Shown piece after piece: positions 40,956-56,025 of a stretch of DNA of 64,000 nt. Source of the DNA: Tubiluchus corallicola (Eukaryota > Animalia > Priapulida); NCBI GenBank assembly GCA_030141605.1, contig JAQGDQ010000201.1, forward strand, positions 1 through 64,000, in the 5' to 3' direction. Under the pieces are notes generated by a model. It searched no databases. It was given only the letters and a program-made list of their open reading frames with translations, and was not told the origin of the DNA. Position 1 is the stretch's first letter, and every line of letters begins with the position of its first letter. A program made the translations under genes and the position numbers.

Positions 40956-43900
40956 TTGTATGAATTACATTTGTCACTGAGTGATTTCATGCAATCTAAT
41001 TAGAAACATTAAAACAAGAACGCCGGCCAACATTACTGTTAACCTATTGAATATATTAGTGAACTATAATTTACAGTGCCATTTCTACAGTGCCTATTTT
41101 TAGAAAAGTAATGTTGCTGATGATAACAGAATGCTTTTTATATAACGTTTAGGTCTAATACAGTAATTAAATTTGAAAGGTTACTTATATATTCCATATA
41201 ATAGCTCGAAAGTTTACTAATAACTGTGATTTAATTTTTCTAATTCTGTTATTGTTGTTTGTCTTGTTTTTTTGGCAACGTGCAGTAAACTTGCAGTTGG
41301 CACATTTGGTTTGGACTACCGCTAAAGTGCATTCCTCTCCCGTTCACAGATAACTCTAATTCGAAATAATTACGTAGAGTGCATTCCACGGTCTCTTGCT
41401 GCAAAACGTGCCAATCAGAAGCTGAACGTTCTAATTACGGTATAAACACGTGATGATTGTAACTTCCGCTACTGAACGTTACGTACTACACGATAGTAGT
41501 TGATAGTATACAGATAGCATAGCACTAAACCGCTAACCCACGCTAAAACTCTCTATTTTAAGCTCCTGTATTTTGGCAAACTTCTATGTTACTCTATGTA
41601 GTCTCAAAGTTTAATTCAGACCAGATTCTACAAGCTTGGTTTTTTTTCGTTAAACGTGAAACTCTCATCATATCTTGAAATTTCACCCGCATACGTCTCT
41701 GGACATAAACTCAATATTTTTCAAGACTATACGCGAAACATCCTTGAATTGCTTCTGTAGGACTCATTTTTTGGTCTACCCCGCTGTTTACTGGACAAGA
41801 CAAAGTAGTACTTATTTTGCAATTTGTTTCGCATTAGCAGCAATGTAATTAGTGTAATTAACTTCACATTCTGGCATACTTAGCAGGTAATAACGTCTGA
41901 TTAACCCTTAAGCGACTGATTCATTTGACAAACTCGATTATAAATCGTTAAATTCAGATTTCTGAAAACAAAGAATCATACTGACTGACTGACAAATTAA
42001 CTACGAAAGACTAAATGTGAATTAAGAGCAAAACCTCGAGATTTTTCTCCGGGTTTTGGGTTTACATTATTCTGGCAGAGACGCCTGTGGGTGAAACTTC
42101 AAGGGATTGTTGATGATGAGTGTGTCTTCTGGGTCTCACAGGTTCTCATCAACCGTCAGTTTATGTCCTTTTGAATGTGTGATTTATATTATTAGACGCT
42201 AAACACTGTTGGCCGCAGGACTCGTTGTACCAGCTTGAGCAGCGGAGAGTTCTTTGTCGCCTTTATTTTTTAGACGTTGACTTACTGGTTTGACTGTGAT
42301 GAAGTGTGTTAGTAAGTGTCTTGGATGTCTGTCAGCTTCTGCACTGCTATAGTTGTAGTAGACTCTTGACCGATAAACTGGACAACTCAGGCGTTTGTAA
42401 TCATGAAATACGAACTTGGTAGCATGGCTGCATGGTGATGATTAGTGATTATGCGCCTGTTAGCACTACGTGGACAAATGCACGTTTCTGACAAGTTCAC
42501 ATTCACTCACATTCGAGTTTAATATACAACCAAACATAAAAGAGAAAGCTTATAATTCAGTATTATGGGCTGTTGGCCACTGTCGCTTTTAACTGCTATT
42601 TGCTGGCTAAGCTAGCCAAATTCACCCTGTTAGCTGCTAAAATTTCAGTTACACAAGTATATTACTAAAAGTAGACCTGCAGTAGATCTGTATTAAAAAA
42701 CTTATTAGAAAATTAAAGCGCTATAATCTTTCGTAAATTAGATTTGCAGTTTTCAAAGCACGAAAAGAGAAAAGATTTAAAAAAGTGCTATAATCATATT
42801 ATCTGTTGCAGTCCATTAAAATTTCCATGACAATTCGCGAAAGTAGGGCCGGGCACGTCAATTCAACACTGCGGTGATCCAACCGTGAGCTTTTTAATTT
42901 GTCACTTCCACGTGGAACAGGTGTGAGATCTAGAATAATAACTAAGAGTCTAGATCACCAAAAAATGGAGGTTTCCAGTTAGGTTCAGGAGTAAGGGACT
43001 GGCGGCGATTAGTCCTATGCAGGTAATTCAGTTGTTACATAAGTATTCCATATACTTTGCTTATGCAGTCGCAAGTTATACTTTGTAGAATGTGTAGCAC
43101 TTGCAGGCTTCCGGGTTAATAGGAGATGATCTAAGAATGAGGATAAATACTTTTACACACCAGACAATGTACGTGTTAGTACAAGCTTCTACACCATTTG
43201 TACGATGTGATACCAGTGTGTTAAACCTGGACCACTTGCATAAGTGATTAACAAAAACTTTTTTTCAGTAGGAATAACTTAGATTTCTTTAATTCACCTG
43301 TTACACCCATTTCAATCTACAGGTTATTAAAATGGGTATAAAGCAATCATTAAATATTAATCCCATATCACCCCAGAGATAGTGTGAAATGAGTCTAGGC
43401 TATTTTTAAAAACCATGTATCGAAATCTAGAATGCTTTTGTTGCTACAGTGAGGTGTTTTGCTAAACAAAACAAACTTAGAATGCCGAGTTGCGATAAAA
43501 TCATCGAGATAGAAAAGTTTAGTACTTAAAAAATACAATTTAGAAAAAACCTACTGAAAAGAAACTGAGGCGGTTTTGTAACTTGTTGCTGAATAAACGG
43601 GTGTGCGAAAGGGTTGGACAAATAAGTTATGATCTGTTCGATGTTAATGTAAAACTAAGAGAATAGAATGAGCGATGGTGAGGCTAACGAAAAAAAGACG
43701 AAACAAGCGGTTAGAGATCGTCGGCTTGTTTAGATCGTAAAATATAGCCATTTTCTGATATTTTAAATTAGCATTTGTTTGTTTGTTTGTTTGTTTGTTT
43801 GTTTGTTTGTTTATGTCTTCAAATTTAGTTATTACCAAAAATTTATTTTAGCAAAATAGTCACACGCTAATATTCCTCCTTTTACGATGTCAGACATGGC

Positions 43901-46900
43901 TCGCTGTTTTGAAAACAAGCTGACAAATTCGATTACCACAAAAGTGAGCAGTTAATGGTTTCTTTTGCTACTAAAATTAATATGTTTTCAAAAAAAACTT
44001 CAACAATGTAAAATAAATGTGACGTTTAATTGCCTATGTTCCGAAGCACGACAATTGCACGATAATCTGCATTACCTACGATCTTTGACCTCTGCGATTA
44101 AGTTGGTTTAAATAAGATGCTGGCGACATTGAAATCTCGCGACATTTAAGTATAATACCCGCCTTTACTCTTCAAATTAGCTTGGCTAAATAATCGCAAA
44201 ATCGCCATTTTCCGACTTACTGGCTGCATGTAAAAGAGATTCTGGCAGCAACGCTGGATGCCAAAACAGACAGTCAGCCTCCAGCAGCTTTTCTGCACTT
44301 ATCTGTTAATGCCAAGCTACGAAAATTGCTTTCCCGGATTACCAACAACGCAAAAACGTCCAGCAGTTTGCAGCTTTTAAAGGATAACGTGTTAAAAGTA
44401 CAATGCCTGTACTCTAGTGACTTGGATTAGAACAGATCATACTGGTACAAAGGCTTTCGGGTGTCGTGTATAATATCAGTGAAGCATCTCTGTAGCACTC
44501 AGTCACTTTAACAGGTGTAGCACTTAAGAAGAACTGTGGTCTGTAGGGTGTAAATCTATACTCGACCATAGTGCGACCGTCACTGCAACAAAATTCTGAA
44601 AATTATTATTTTTTGATCAAATAAGATGCTGCGACTGTACAACTAATTATAACTGATATGAATTTCAGAGAGTATTTTGCTTTTTGTTTAGCTTCTATAA
44701 TTAATTCTTCGAGTGGTGCGCACTTATATCATTTTGCACATTTAAATACCTCTTTCAAATCACAATGTACGTAAAAAGGGCGTATTTTTGAAATCTAGTT
44801 TTCAGTTTATTAAAATAGAAAACGAAATAACTATGTACAGAGATGTGCCGTATGTGCCAGCATTACAAATACGTGTCTAATGTGACAGACAATATGGCGT
44901 GATTTTTTTGGCCGACGCATAGGTGCGTCAATGACTGGGCCATGGGTGGCGTCAGTGACTCGATGTTACTTCGTTTTCCATCAGCGTAAAAAGTGTTTTT
45001 CACGTCCGTGACCGTCCACAGACATTGCTAAGCCCTTATCTCCCTTTCGCATCTCATTTTACCTGGCCAAATTCAATAGCTCAAACTGGCATAGCCTGTT
45101 TTTCACTCAGATAAAGACTACCTAAAAAGTTGCACGATGTATGCAGCGGTGATTTGAGACTTTAATAGTCACTGTCACTGCACGAAAAGAGGTTAGCTTT
45201 TTTGTTCAAAGGACTCAGCGGATTCGAAGCCGTTATTGGGTTACATGATTAATTAGGATAATTCTCGTGCATATGTTACCATTTATGTTTGTCACTTTCG
45301 CGCCTTTTTATCTGTAAATTTACTTTTTTAGCAAATGACTAATCTAACTTTCATCTTTAAGAAATGCTATATAATTGCGTGAGTGTAACTTCAGAGCAAT
45401 ATTTAGGTAACCTTAGAACGATATCAATGAAACAAGCTAGAAATGGTTTTTCTGTGACCTGCCTGAACCTAATTAAATTGCATATTTTAATTTCATAAAT
45501 ACCTGTAATGACATTCCGGCTTCAGGGAGTAGATTTTGGAAACCCTAAACACGAAAAATTCCCTGGGAGCCAATCGGTTTGCTTGCAGCAAATAATTATA
45601 CAAAAATTCCCTTTTTGCAGACCGTCATATGCATCAGTAGTCAAAATATACTGCCGAATTTGCATGCTGATCAGAACTCTGTTCACAGAGAACCACCCTC
45701 ATAATTATAATTTTGCTAATTAAATTTTCCTAACATCAGGGTGGCATAAACAGTCTGCGCGTGCAGCAAGTTGCCCAGATACGTTCTTTTTTTATAAAAC
45801 ATTTTTTTTCATTCCTTTATACTTTATATAATATTGTGCGTGTAATGTTCTGACTTCTCAACGAATTTGATGAATAAGTTATCTTCGTGAATTATTTGCA
45901 TATATTTTAGTATAGAATTCATTTACAACTTTTAATGTTAAGTTCAAGAACTGGGGTTGCTTGAGCAAAAATTCTCTCCATTTGCCTTCCTATTGTTGTT
46001 CGAATAAACTTGTACCCATCACAGGTGATCCAACTTGTCAGTTTAGAAGATAAAGATAGCGTATGTGAAATAATTTTAAAACTTGTCAATAGCAGTGATA
46101 TTAAAATTGATGAAATCTTTTCAATTATAAAATGGGTGCCACAACAGAATACGTTTAACCTTCGTGTTAAAGTAGGTCAGTTACCAAGTATTAATTTACG
46201 AGGAGCAAATCTGCTGATATTGTGACACAGGTGCAAGTCATTAAAACAGCTTGGATACCCATATTAAAAAAAAGTTCTGTGATTTATATCATCATTAGTA
46301 TCTACGCGACTTACACCTGATCTAAGATATCAAACATTTTTTTGAAGTTTTTGGTGTGACTTTTTTATAATTAGTGGTCATTTATTGGCATTTATGCCAT
46401 ATGACAATAAATATTCTAGTTATTAATAGTATACTGAAGGCAAGATTTGCCTCGTCTACCGTATACACATAATATTGCACAGATGGCGTAGAGTTTATGG
46501 GTTTCTGTGAACTTTCTTTTGAGTCTAAATTTTGCGGGAAAGATTCTAATTAGTTTTCATAGGTACAACTTGTTTTTCTTAATTAAAACTTCGTCTTATT
46601 TTATATCAAAGCAACTTGTCGTTTTTGCCTAATTGCTTGTGCAGGCTTAAAATAACTCGCGTATTTCTAAGAACAATCACGCCAAGTTTTTTACGCGTGT
46701 AAAATACACAAACATAATCTCAAGCGTGTTTTTAAGAACGGAAATGGAAAAAACGTGCAAAAACATTTTATTATCTTTTCGGTCTACCTGTTTGGAGACA
46801 GGTTGTCGAATATTTGATTACTTTATAAAAGTTTATTGTTCATCTCGACGTATTGTGAAATGTTTTCAATAAAATCTGTTGCAATTAAGCTACAATATAC

Positions 46901-47969
46901 AGAAATTATGATGTTAACACAGGCTAAACGTCTTAATTAAATGAAAAAATCTTAAGTTCAATTAATTTCCTAGTGTAACAAAGTGAAAATCTTGCAACGA
47001 TACTGTCACAGTAGCAAGAAATTTCGTTTTGAGTCACCGAGTGTGAAGGCCATATATAGATTTTGCTGGAATTTAAAATGTTGAAAAAATACTACGGACT
47101 CCTTATGCACAGGTAACTGTATAGCTCTGAAAGAAGCGGAAACGCTGAACAAAGAAACAGGCAGGTAAAAACTAGGAGCTTTCATTGTGCAGTAATTGCT
47201 CCAGCTATCATGTTTTGGCAAACAAATAGTTTTTTGGGCGCTGATATTATACTGTAGCGCTAGTAGAGCTGCTGATTTGTTACTTTATCTAACCTCTATT
47301 ACATGAAGGCCGCAATATGGCTGAATTGCGTATTAGTTTTTAATGTGTATTTTATGAAATAAAAGTCAAGACATTTTGCTGACTATTGTATGCACATATA
47401 TATTTTTTATGCACAAGTCTAACCAAAGATATTATTATAAAAATGTAGGCTTTGTCTGTATAAACGCATATCATTGCTAATAGTGGTGAAACGGACTAAA
47501 CCTGTACACAGTTTCTTAAACAATCTTTTGTTCATCAATGCAAGATTAAAAGATAACTGAAATTCCTAAATATTTCTTCTTCTAGTTAACCCAGACTTGG
47601 TTGTTTATCTAAAACGTCTTGTCAGCCATAAAACTGCCCATCAGAGTATGCAAAATCTCTCATAAGTAATGCTGAATAAAACAGACTTAACCCAGTAAAC
47701 CCAACGCGCCAAATCAGCGTCCCAATTAGCATGGTCATTTAACATGGACATAGGCCACATTGACCATGTATATAGTGACCAGTGGCCACTTCACTTAATG
47801 CGTGCGATGCGTCGGGTCAGTCTCTACGGTTCAGCTAACACTTGCGTTCAATGAATTTATTTAAGTATACTAAAAATAATTAAGAAGATCTAATTGACTT
47901 ACAAGTTAATTTCGTATTCAACCAGTGTCGGAGTGGTGCTCAGCATTATTTTGCACTACTCAAGTTAGT

Positions 47970-48067
47970 CAAGTAGTGTTACATGGTATTCAGATAGTGC
48001 CACTTGGTACTCAAGAAGTGTCACATTGTATTCAAATAGTGCCACATGGTACTCAAGTAGTGCCATA
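47970..48067. repeat. 21-bp minisatellite, about 4.6 copies
   Basis: Consensus CAARTAGTGCCACATGGTAYT. Confidence 0.85.
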
Positions 48068-48982
48068 AAATTTCTGAGATAAACCACAATCAATCATGGC
48101 CGCCTACACGAAACTGCAAAGCAAGACTACGATAAGGTAACCTAACCGCAGCAAACAAACAAGCAAAGTAACTGTCACGTTCGCCGTCATGATGGAGGTC
48201 AAAATCATAAAAGAAAGACTCGTACATGAAAACATAACTTAAGAAACGTGTTGTAACGAGTTGGTAGGCTTGGAATGGTGAATTGGTGGTCTCACAAGAA
48301 AGACACACCAAGATGACATATATTATCTGAAATCATCGTTTTCATCGTGTGATGCCTTTTCTCCACGTGACGTATAAGATGGTATGCAAAATTCTGCCAA
48401 ACGCATATCAGCAGAATTATGCAGATCCTGAGTTATGAGATAGGTCAGACCACATGTAAAAGTCAACACCCAAAGTACGCAGGAAAAGAAAAAACTCGAA
48501 TGAGTTGTATGATTCGGGGACTTTTTCTGATTAATTGACCATGTCTCATTGGAAGAAAGTTGCTACAAAATCTCGCAAATTAGTTGCGCAGTACACAAGG
48601 TGGTTCTAGGCTTTTTGTAAATTTGGCGGAACGAGTATAAATTTGTCTAAATTACTGCAAATCTTTTGATCAAAATTTTGGTGAGCACAATGAAGTTGTT
48701 ACAAACATTTAAATACCCACAAACAAGCTTGCAACCGCGTAACCTGTAACCGTATAAGGACAATTTTTATGCAGTTCGATATTCTCCATCCAGAACCACA
48801 CGCAATGCATTTCCCATGCAATGCTTAATGCATATAGTTGTGGTAGGATTATAATGACTCTCAATGATATTACCTAAGAACTGGATCAACTGATCCAGGA
48901 ATTCTACCTAAAACATATGGATGCTCATGCCCGGTCAGTACAGACAGATGAAATCGTCGAGGAACAGTTTTCCTAGGCGCTT

Positions 48983-50121
48983 GGTAAAAATGGCACTGGA
49001 AAAACGGCACAAATGGAAAGTAGGTAAAAATGGCACAGGAAAAAGTGGCCACAAATGGAAAAGTAGGGAAAAATGGTGTTAGTTTGATGCAATTGGTTTC
49101 TATAACAAAATTAGAATGCGCTCAGTAGGAAGCAGATCTCTGCCAAAGTCGAACAATCCTAAATTTATTCGTTTGATTCTTTTGATTAAAAAAGTTAAAA
49201 CAAAGATAAACAAGCAAACGTTGAGGAATGTACATGTATTGGCATTATATAGACCAGCAAGGGACTCACAAAATCTTTGTTCATTAAATAGATTTATAAT
49301 CAATAATGCACGAATGTTTCACATAGTGTTTATCTATCTTTTCCAATATTAATTTTGGCAGTGTTAATGGACTGACGAATATATACGTACCAAGTTACGT
49401 TACAGGGCTATACACATTAGTAAGCAAACGTTATAGACAGCGTTACACAGTTTTACAAGCTACATTTTCTCGAAGTGGAACCTGGAAATAACTCGTAGTT
49501 TTGTGTCCTGGTAAAGATAATAAAAAAGAGATACTAAACACTCCCTCTGAATTTCTGAGACCTCCATGAAAATATATACGTTCCAAGTCACCTTATAAGG
49601 CCATACGCACTAATAAGCAAGGCTATAGACAGTGTTACGAAGTTTTACAAGCGAGATTTTCTCGAAATACTTTACGAACGTTTTTTGTACGTGGTGTTCG
49701 GTCAAGTTTTGCGGAAAAGGAACCGGCGAAAGGATTCGCATTTTGGAACTCAGTACCCAGCTGCATAAAGTTTTTGCTCAAAGTTTCTTGGAAATGTGTT
49801 AGATAACTTTGTGAAATAGGCTTACCGCTACAACAGACAAAAACAACAAATAAACAGACAAACAAACAAACAACTTCCTTAGCAGACGTAAAAAAAGTAA
49901 AATAATTCTACCCAACTGTAAGCCTTACCCTAAACACGTACATTACTAAGTGTGCCATTTTTACCTACTTTTCCGCTTGTGCCATTCTCACCGTGCCATT
50001 TTTACCTACTTTTACATCTGTGCCATTTTTTTCCTGTGCCATTTTTACCTATACCATTTTTACTTATTTTTCCATTTGTGCCATTTTTCCTGTGCCATTT
50101 TTACCTATGCCATTTTTCCTA
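48983..50121. mobile_element. Foldback-like element with modular inverted terminal subrepeats
   Basis: GGTAAAAATGGCAC units at 48983-49078 and inverted GTGCCATTTTTACC units at 49950-50121, around an approximately 870-bp interior. Confidence 0.7.
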
Positions 50122-51187
50122 CATTCGTTTTCCTTGTGGTAAGGTAACCCAGCTTTTGCTGACCTGACTCAGCGCTGCTCAACTAAAAGTCAACTTTCGT
50201 GGTTATGCAGCCTGAAATATAGCTTACTGCGCTTATAGCTTGTCACTCAAAAGCTAAAACGAGCTACTGTTTTTTCATAATTCAACTTAAAATATTAAAT
50301 GAAGTTTTTAATTTAATAAAAAGGCTTATAAAACCTGTGTATAACGTGGCTAAACAGTGCAATGCAAAATTTTCACGCGATTTACAGACTTATTTAACCT
50401 CTTAGGCACTATGTAAATTAGTCAGCTGAAGCTTTCGGTTACTGAGATATTTCTGATTCTTTGTGATCATTCCGTAGGTGGTCAAGCATGCGGCGTGGTC
50501 TCATTCATCGTCTTTCATTCGTGTAGTACTGGTGATAATAAATTTCTGACGAAAGTGGACAGTGGTCAATAGGTTTACTAAACTCGAGAGCTTTTAAATA
50601 AGTCCTATTTCTCTCTTGTTGCCCTCGCCTTTATTGCTGGTTGAATTATAATGCGCATGAACGACTGAATGATGATGTTGGTCAGTTTGATCGTTTAGCC
50701 ACGTAAACCCAATCTTTACATAATTTGCAACACGTGTTACTTAAACATAGCTATTTCTTTTGTATTGTCAATCAACACGCTAAAATTGTTGTGTTTAATT
50801 GCTACTGTAATATTATTAAAACGAAAATAATGATGACAGGAGGCAATTCTTAGGTCGAAAGTTCTAAATCACGTCTCCTTAGGTGAAAAAACTATGTAAA
50901 ACAAGAGTTCTTTGTTCACACATGTATTATAATGCAAGACTGTATTTGCATAGCACTGGCAGAGTGTTTACCTTGGTTACAGCTTATAAATTATGATCAA
51001 AGTCCGGTTGCTTATGAATCTTATCAGCATAACAGTAAACGAGCGTTAGCGTGTTTGTTTGTTCGATGTTCGAATTTATGTACATAGTCATTAGTAATGC
51101 CAAACTAAAACCAGTTGAAGAGAAGAGTGTACACTAGGGGCTAGTGGGATTGAATATTTGAGTAATATTACTATGCATTCACTAGTA

Positions 51188-51665
51188 TTAAAGGAGAAGG
51201 AAAGGCAATTTAAAAGTACTTTCCCCCCCCCCCCCAAAAAAAAACTTTCCACACAAATTTATATTAGATAGCATTACGCTTACTTGCTTGAAATCCTTAC
51301 ATAACTAGAAAAGAAAATTCTTGGTAATTTGAAATGTTCGCGCTGACTGGTAAAATATCAATGACTCACCTTCCCAGTGTGTACCACTGATTCACCAAAA
51401 AACGTATTTTACTGTGATTGACCAGGATACACTAATTTATACTTTTGTTTAGTAAGTGAATTTGTGCTACGAATGCTCTGATTATATTTTCAAACTTTAC
51501 ACAATGTTATCTACATTTGTTTCAAACGACCTATCGCTAAAATGGCGGCGCCTAACGGTCTTCGTGAGACTTTAAATTTTAAAGTTTTAAACAACGTTGT
51601 TGCTAATACAAGCTTTGTAGCAGTACGTAGATGACAAAATTTCAAGACGATTTTTAGCTTTAAAG
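51188..51665. mobile_element. Copy of the Kolobok-like dispersed repeat family
   Basis: Starts TTAAAGG; aligns by eye with 15190-15510. Confidence 0.6.
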
Positions 51666-52984
51666 GATTTTCTTGTGCTGTTGACAACTTTTACTTTTGT
51701 TAGTCGATATTGCTTTATTTAAAGTCTAGTGCTAGGAAAGAGTTTATAATTGCAATACACTAGACTTAACACTTTTGCTTACTGTTTCAAACACAGCTAC
51801 CAAAGCCTGCAGCTGCTTCAATTACTTTTAGATTCATAAATGCTGCTTTAGTAGTCATTAAACTATGTTAACCTGCCTTAAACTGTTATACGCCTTTTTA
51901 TGGCCACTTTTACTTGTTCTTTGTGTGACGATAGCTAGAGTTGCTTTAGGCGTTTTCTTGACTACATTTCAGTAAATGTGTTTGTTATATTTCTAATTAT
52001 CGGTGTGCATACAGCATTAATGAGAAACTTTGTGAAGTTCGTACAAAATATACATTCAAATACATTGTATAATTAGAAGATATACAGGATTAATTAGATA
52101 TAGCAGCTAGGGCTCATAATTATTACGAACAGTACCAATTATTATTATACATGCAACATTGATACTTTGTATATGAATGTTATTTTACATTATGGCACAA
52201 CAGGTACTATTGATTTTAAAATTTTCTGGTGATACCCAAGCTTTTGTTAAAGTTTAATACCGATATTCAAAATGTATTTATGGTTCATATTCTGGCATTT
52301 TCAATGTCTGTTCTGAAGACACATCCAAATCCAAAAGCGAACAAATGTTAATTTTGAGCAGTTGATTCAAGCTAAGCAATGAAACGTTGAAAACGTGTTG
52401 CACAAATGAAATTACCATGCACTTTCCGTATAGCTTTAGCAAAAGCTTATATGTATAATGTAACTAACATCTTTAAAGAGCAATGAAACGCATGTGGGAG
52501 AACCATTTACCTTTAACCGCAATTAAAACTACAATTATTTCGATGAACAAAGAGTTAACCGCTATTACTGCTACATTAGCCGTTATGGCAGCATGCAAAT
52601 AAGCAATTTGCCTATTATGGAGGAAATCGCGACGTGGATTGCGTAACGATTAATTATTAAAGCGAAATGTCGTATACGTTACAGCGACGTTGTTGTACGA
52701 GACGGTCGATGATTGTTGCTACTATATTGAGAATTAAAATAATGTGCGGTTACTGTGCAAGTTTTTCATCGATTAATTCGCTGTAATAACGTTTGTTGCT
52801 CCATGTTCTTTTGTAATGCCATTTTAACTGCATAACGAGCGATGCACAAATACTACCTCCGTCACCGCCATCGCAAGTGTTGTTACTGTCGTCATTTTTT
52901 CCTGTGTCGACTTTTGGTGTCAGACACATGATAACGCTTTATTGTTTTTCAGTGACCGTACATACTTATGTGATTCTTGGGTGA

Positions 52985-53110
52985 CATCATCGTCACGATG
53001 ATGATGATCATCATCATCACCATCATCGTAATCATCCTCGTCATCATTTTCTTCTTCATCATCATCACCGTCATAATTATCATCGTTATTATCATTATCG
53101 CATTATCGTC
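52985..53110. repeat. Degenerate (ATC)n microsatellite
   Basis: Direct reading. Confidence 0.9.
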
Positions 53111-53480
53111 AATGTCTGCAGCACTATTATTTAACACAAATTTTTGTGCATTTGCAATACAGTGTGTGACTGAAATCTGTTCAAAAACCTTTTGTCCTGT
53201 TTGTGTGATGAGCTAATCAGTAAAGTCTACTTTTATCTGTACCCTCATTAATTATGATATATTTATTATTTTCTGATTATTCCTAGATTCTTTACTTGGC
53301 TAAAACGTATGTACTTAGTATCCAGTCTGCATGTCATGTTGACAAAGCGATGTGATTTTTTGTAACCGTAGCAAGCTCATCTCCAATTACAGGCCATGTA
53401 GAAAGGGTTAACAGTCGTTTAAGCACAATCGAATACATATAAAGCGCAGTGTTGACACAGAGCTTGTAATTTTCTCCTGT

Positions 53481-53663
53481 TTGCACTGCATACAGACCGC
53501 GAAGAATTGTGAAAATTTTAAGCTCCAAAAGATCCAAACAGGCGGCATTCCTGACCCCTACATGGAGGAAAATAGTAGCTCTGTGTGGGACAACAAGAAC
53601 ATGTATCCTCCCATTCGAGACATCACTTGTGTACATAGAAAAAGACACAAAATGTGGACATAG
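53481..53663 (+). pseudogene. Possible relic of a Kolobok/ISL2EU-type accessory (SWIM) protein N-terminus
   Basis: KL....GGIPDPY......W.....YPPI..I resembles a recalled KL..IG..DPY...W....P.V...DI motif. The match is short and degraded. Confidence 0.35.
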
Positions 53664-55922
53664 CGCTTGCTGCTCTTTGTTGCTCGACCTAGGGCGTGCA
53701 TACTGCGTTCAGTCTTATGAGCCTAAGTTTTTTTCTGTACAACTGTTTTAAACATTGATGACGTACTGTGTTGTCATTCTAAAGCAACTCATACAAAAAG
53801 GTGTTTCTCAATTATGTTGCAATTGTTTGACCAATGATGATCACACAAGTTTTACTGGGTCTCAGGAGATTTTAGATGAGCACGCATAGACGCAAACGTT
53901 AAAACAAGCCATTGAAAGGCACTGGCTGTGCTATTTGCACGGTTTTTTCAGGAACTTTTCTCCACAATGGCTCGATATCACTATTAATTCGGATGTTGCC
54001 AGACGTGAATGCAACACCTATATTCATATTAATCATCAAAAATAAGAATGGACTAATAGATGCCTCACATCCGTCTTACATCAAGCTGATATAGTGTTTA
54101 CAAAGAACTTAAGCAAAATCAAAATGATAAACTTACTGTTATTCTTTTGTATCCTTTATCTATTGGACTTGTTATCTCATACCCATTATTGCTTGAGTCA
54201 AGTCAAAGTCAAGTAGTCAGCCCCTACTTGGTGTTAAGGGCACAAGTTTTTTAGTGCTCCAGTGGCATCTCAGCAACTTTAAATTTAAAGCTACAAATAC
54301 TGGTTTTGTGTGTACACACTCAATTTTTTGCGAGGGGTTTGGAAAGACTGTTTACATTGGAGATTAGTAATTATTAAATTTAGAAGTAGCTACATGCAGT
54401 TACAGGCGCAAATCAGCAAAAAGATGTCGTGTTCTAGTGTCAATGATTTCGCCACGCACCCTGGATAACTTCTTGTATCATTACTGATATCCTGTATGGC
54501 GAATATATCGCCTTACGTTAAATTGATTAGTCAGTTTGGTGCAATGCTTTTTTGTTTTGAATAGTAAATGCTCATCAAAAATTGCACTATAATCTAGTGC
54601 AATTGATTTGAAAAACACGATTGCGAAATGGACGCCGTCACACCTCGAACTCTTATAGTCACTGAATTCCAATTAGAAACTAAAATAATTAGAGTTCATT
54701 TAATTCCATGGGCTCACTTTCTCTCAGCTTTTCTAAAACCAGTAGGACTGGCGCATTGCAACCTTTCAGTCATTCAGACAAAAAACTTGTGGCATACGGT
54801 GAGCTAAAACTATATATGAAAAAAACTGTTGAAGTTGGTCGGTGACAATAAGATAAAAGCTGGTGCAATCCCAGTTTTATGCATATCTGTGCGCTTTTAA
54901 CGTATTTATTTGCGGCGATTGTAGTTAAAATCTGCGGCACATGAATAAAACACAATACTTATTAAAAGGCAAAATTTACTCACACTAACACAGCATGTTA
55001 ACGCCATCGGGCATCGTTTAATTTGTTGCCGAAGAACGTTAACGATTGTAGACCAGGCCTATGAAAAAATATGTAGGTCCGGCTGTCGTGCATCTTTGTT
55101 TTGTTTTCATCGATATGCAGAAAGTGCACGTTGAATGAATTTAACAGCTGAATTTGTACTTTCATTCACCCTATACATTTTCCTCAATTTCATATTAGAA
55201 TTTAATGCTGTCATCTTCAGTCTCTGGACTAACACTTTTTTGGATTAGCTTGAAGGTAAAATCTTCTTTTTAACTTCTTTTTTGGATTAGTCTAATTATT
55301 AAACCTACACTGTCTTAGTCATATTAGTTACTGCTACTTCCAAGCATATAGATCCTGCAAGTCTTCGACATGTTCTGTTATATATTGTTTGTGACTGGGT
55401 CAGGTAGAGTGAATGTGCTACCTTATACTATGCTCGTTCGCTTTTGTTTTTCTAAATAGTTGTAGATTCTTAGCACCTATTTATTAAAACACTCTACACG
55501 CCCGAGTGTCTCGGTTATCTGTGTGCTAATGCTTCCAGTCACGAGCGTTTATGGTGAACGGCGGCCGTAAAATAGTCATAAAACGACGCATCTAAAACAA
55601 ATTGACAACCTAGTGTCGGGATGAAGCGTCGGTCTGTCAGATGTCTGCCATTGTCTTCCTGCCGTCACAAATAAACTAAATTAGTGCGATTTGCTCGATA
55701 TTTTACTAGGGTCACTTTGTGTGATTCGATCGTAAATCTGTTGTGCCTGGCAATGACCGTCCTATATGATAATTTCACCAGTGAAGGTGTTAGCTTGTCT
55801 CTTCAGGTTATGTATAATAAATCATCTTCATGAATTACCTGCATTATTTGCTCGCGTTTGTTGTTGTCTAGGATACTGCATATTAGGATGTACGTAACCT
55901 TTGTGCTCCTTCGATTGAATAA

Positions 55923-56025
55923 ATGCAAATGGCAGCAGCTATACTGTCTCGACTGCTTGGGGGTATTGCCACTGTATTAATAATTATAAAACTAATGGAA
56001 TCAACGGAACTGGAATCTTCACAAG
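55923..56025 (+). CDS. Candidate proximal leader exon of the Ig-superfamily gene (MQMAAAILSRLLGGIATVLIIIKLMESTELESSQ, phase 1)
   Basis: ATG, hydrophobic stretch and donor AAG|GTCGGC in phase with exon 58213; a CpG-richer promoter-like region lies upstream (55500-55900). Confidence 0.55.

Noticed and set aside
42060-42480. Minus-strand open stretch sharing AAAAA.AAAGGCGAC with the region at about 29420
   Set aside because: The similarity does not extend, and there is no start codon or recognisable protein.
49950-50167. CHF-repeat ORFs or a CRISPR-like array
   Set aside because: These are short subrepeats of a foldback-like element in a eukaryotic context with no unique spacers.
54186-54210. 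TTATTGCTTGAG match to the miR-137 5' end (similar seed-only hits at 46473 and 55874)
   Set aside because: The match stops at or shortly after the seed and there is no proper precursor hairpin.
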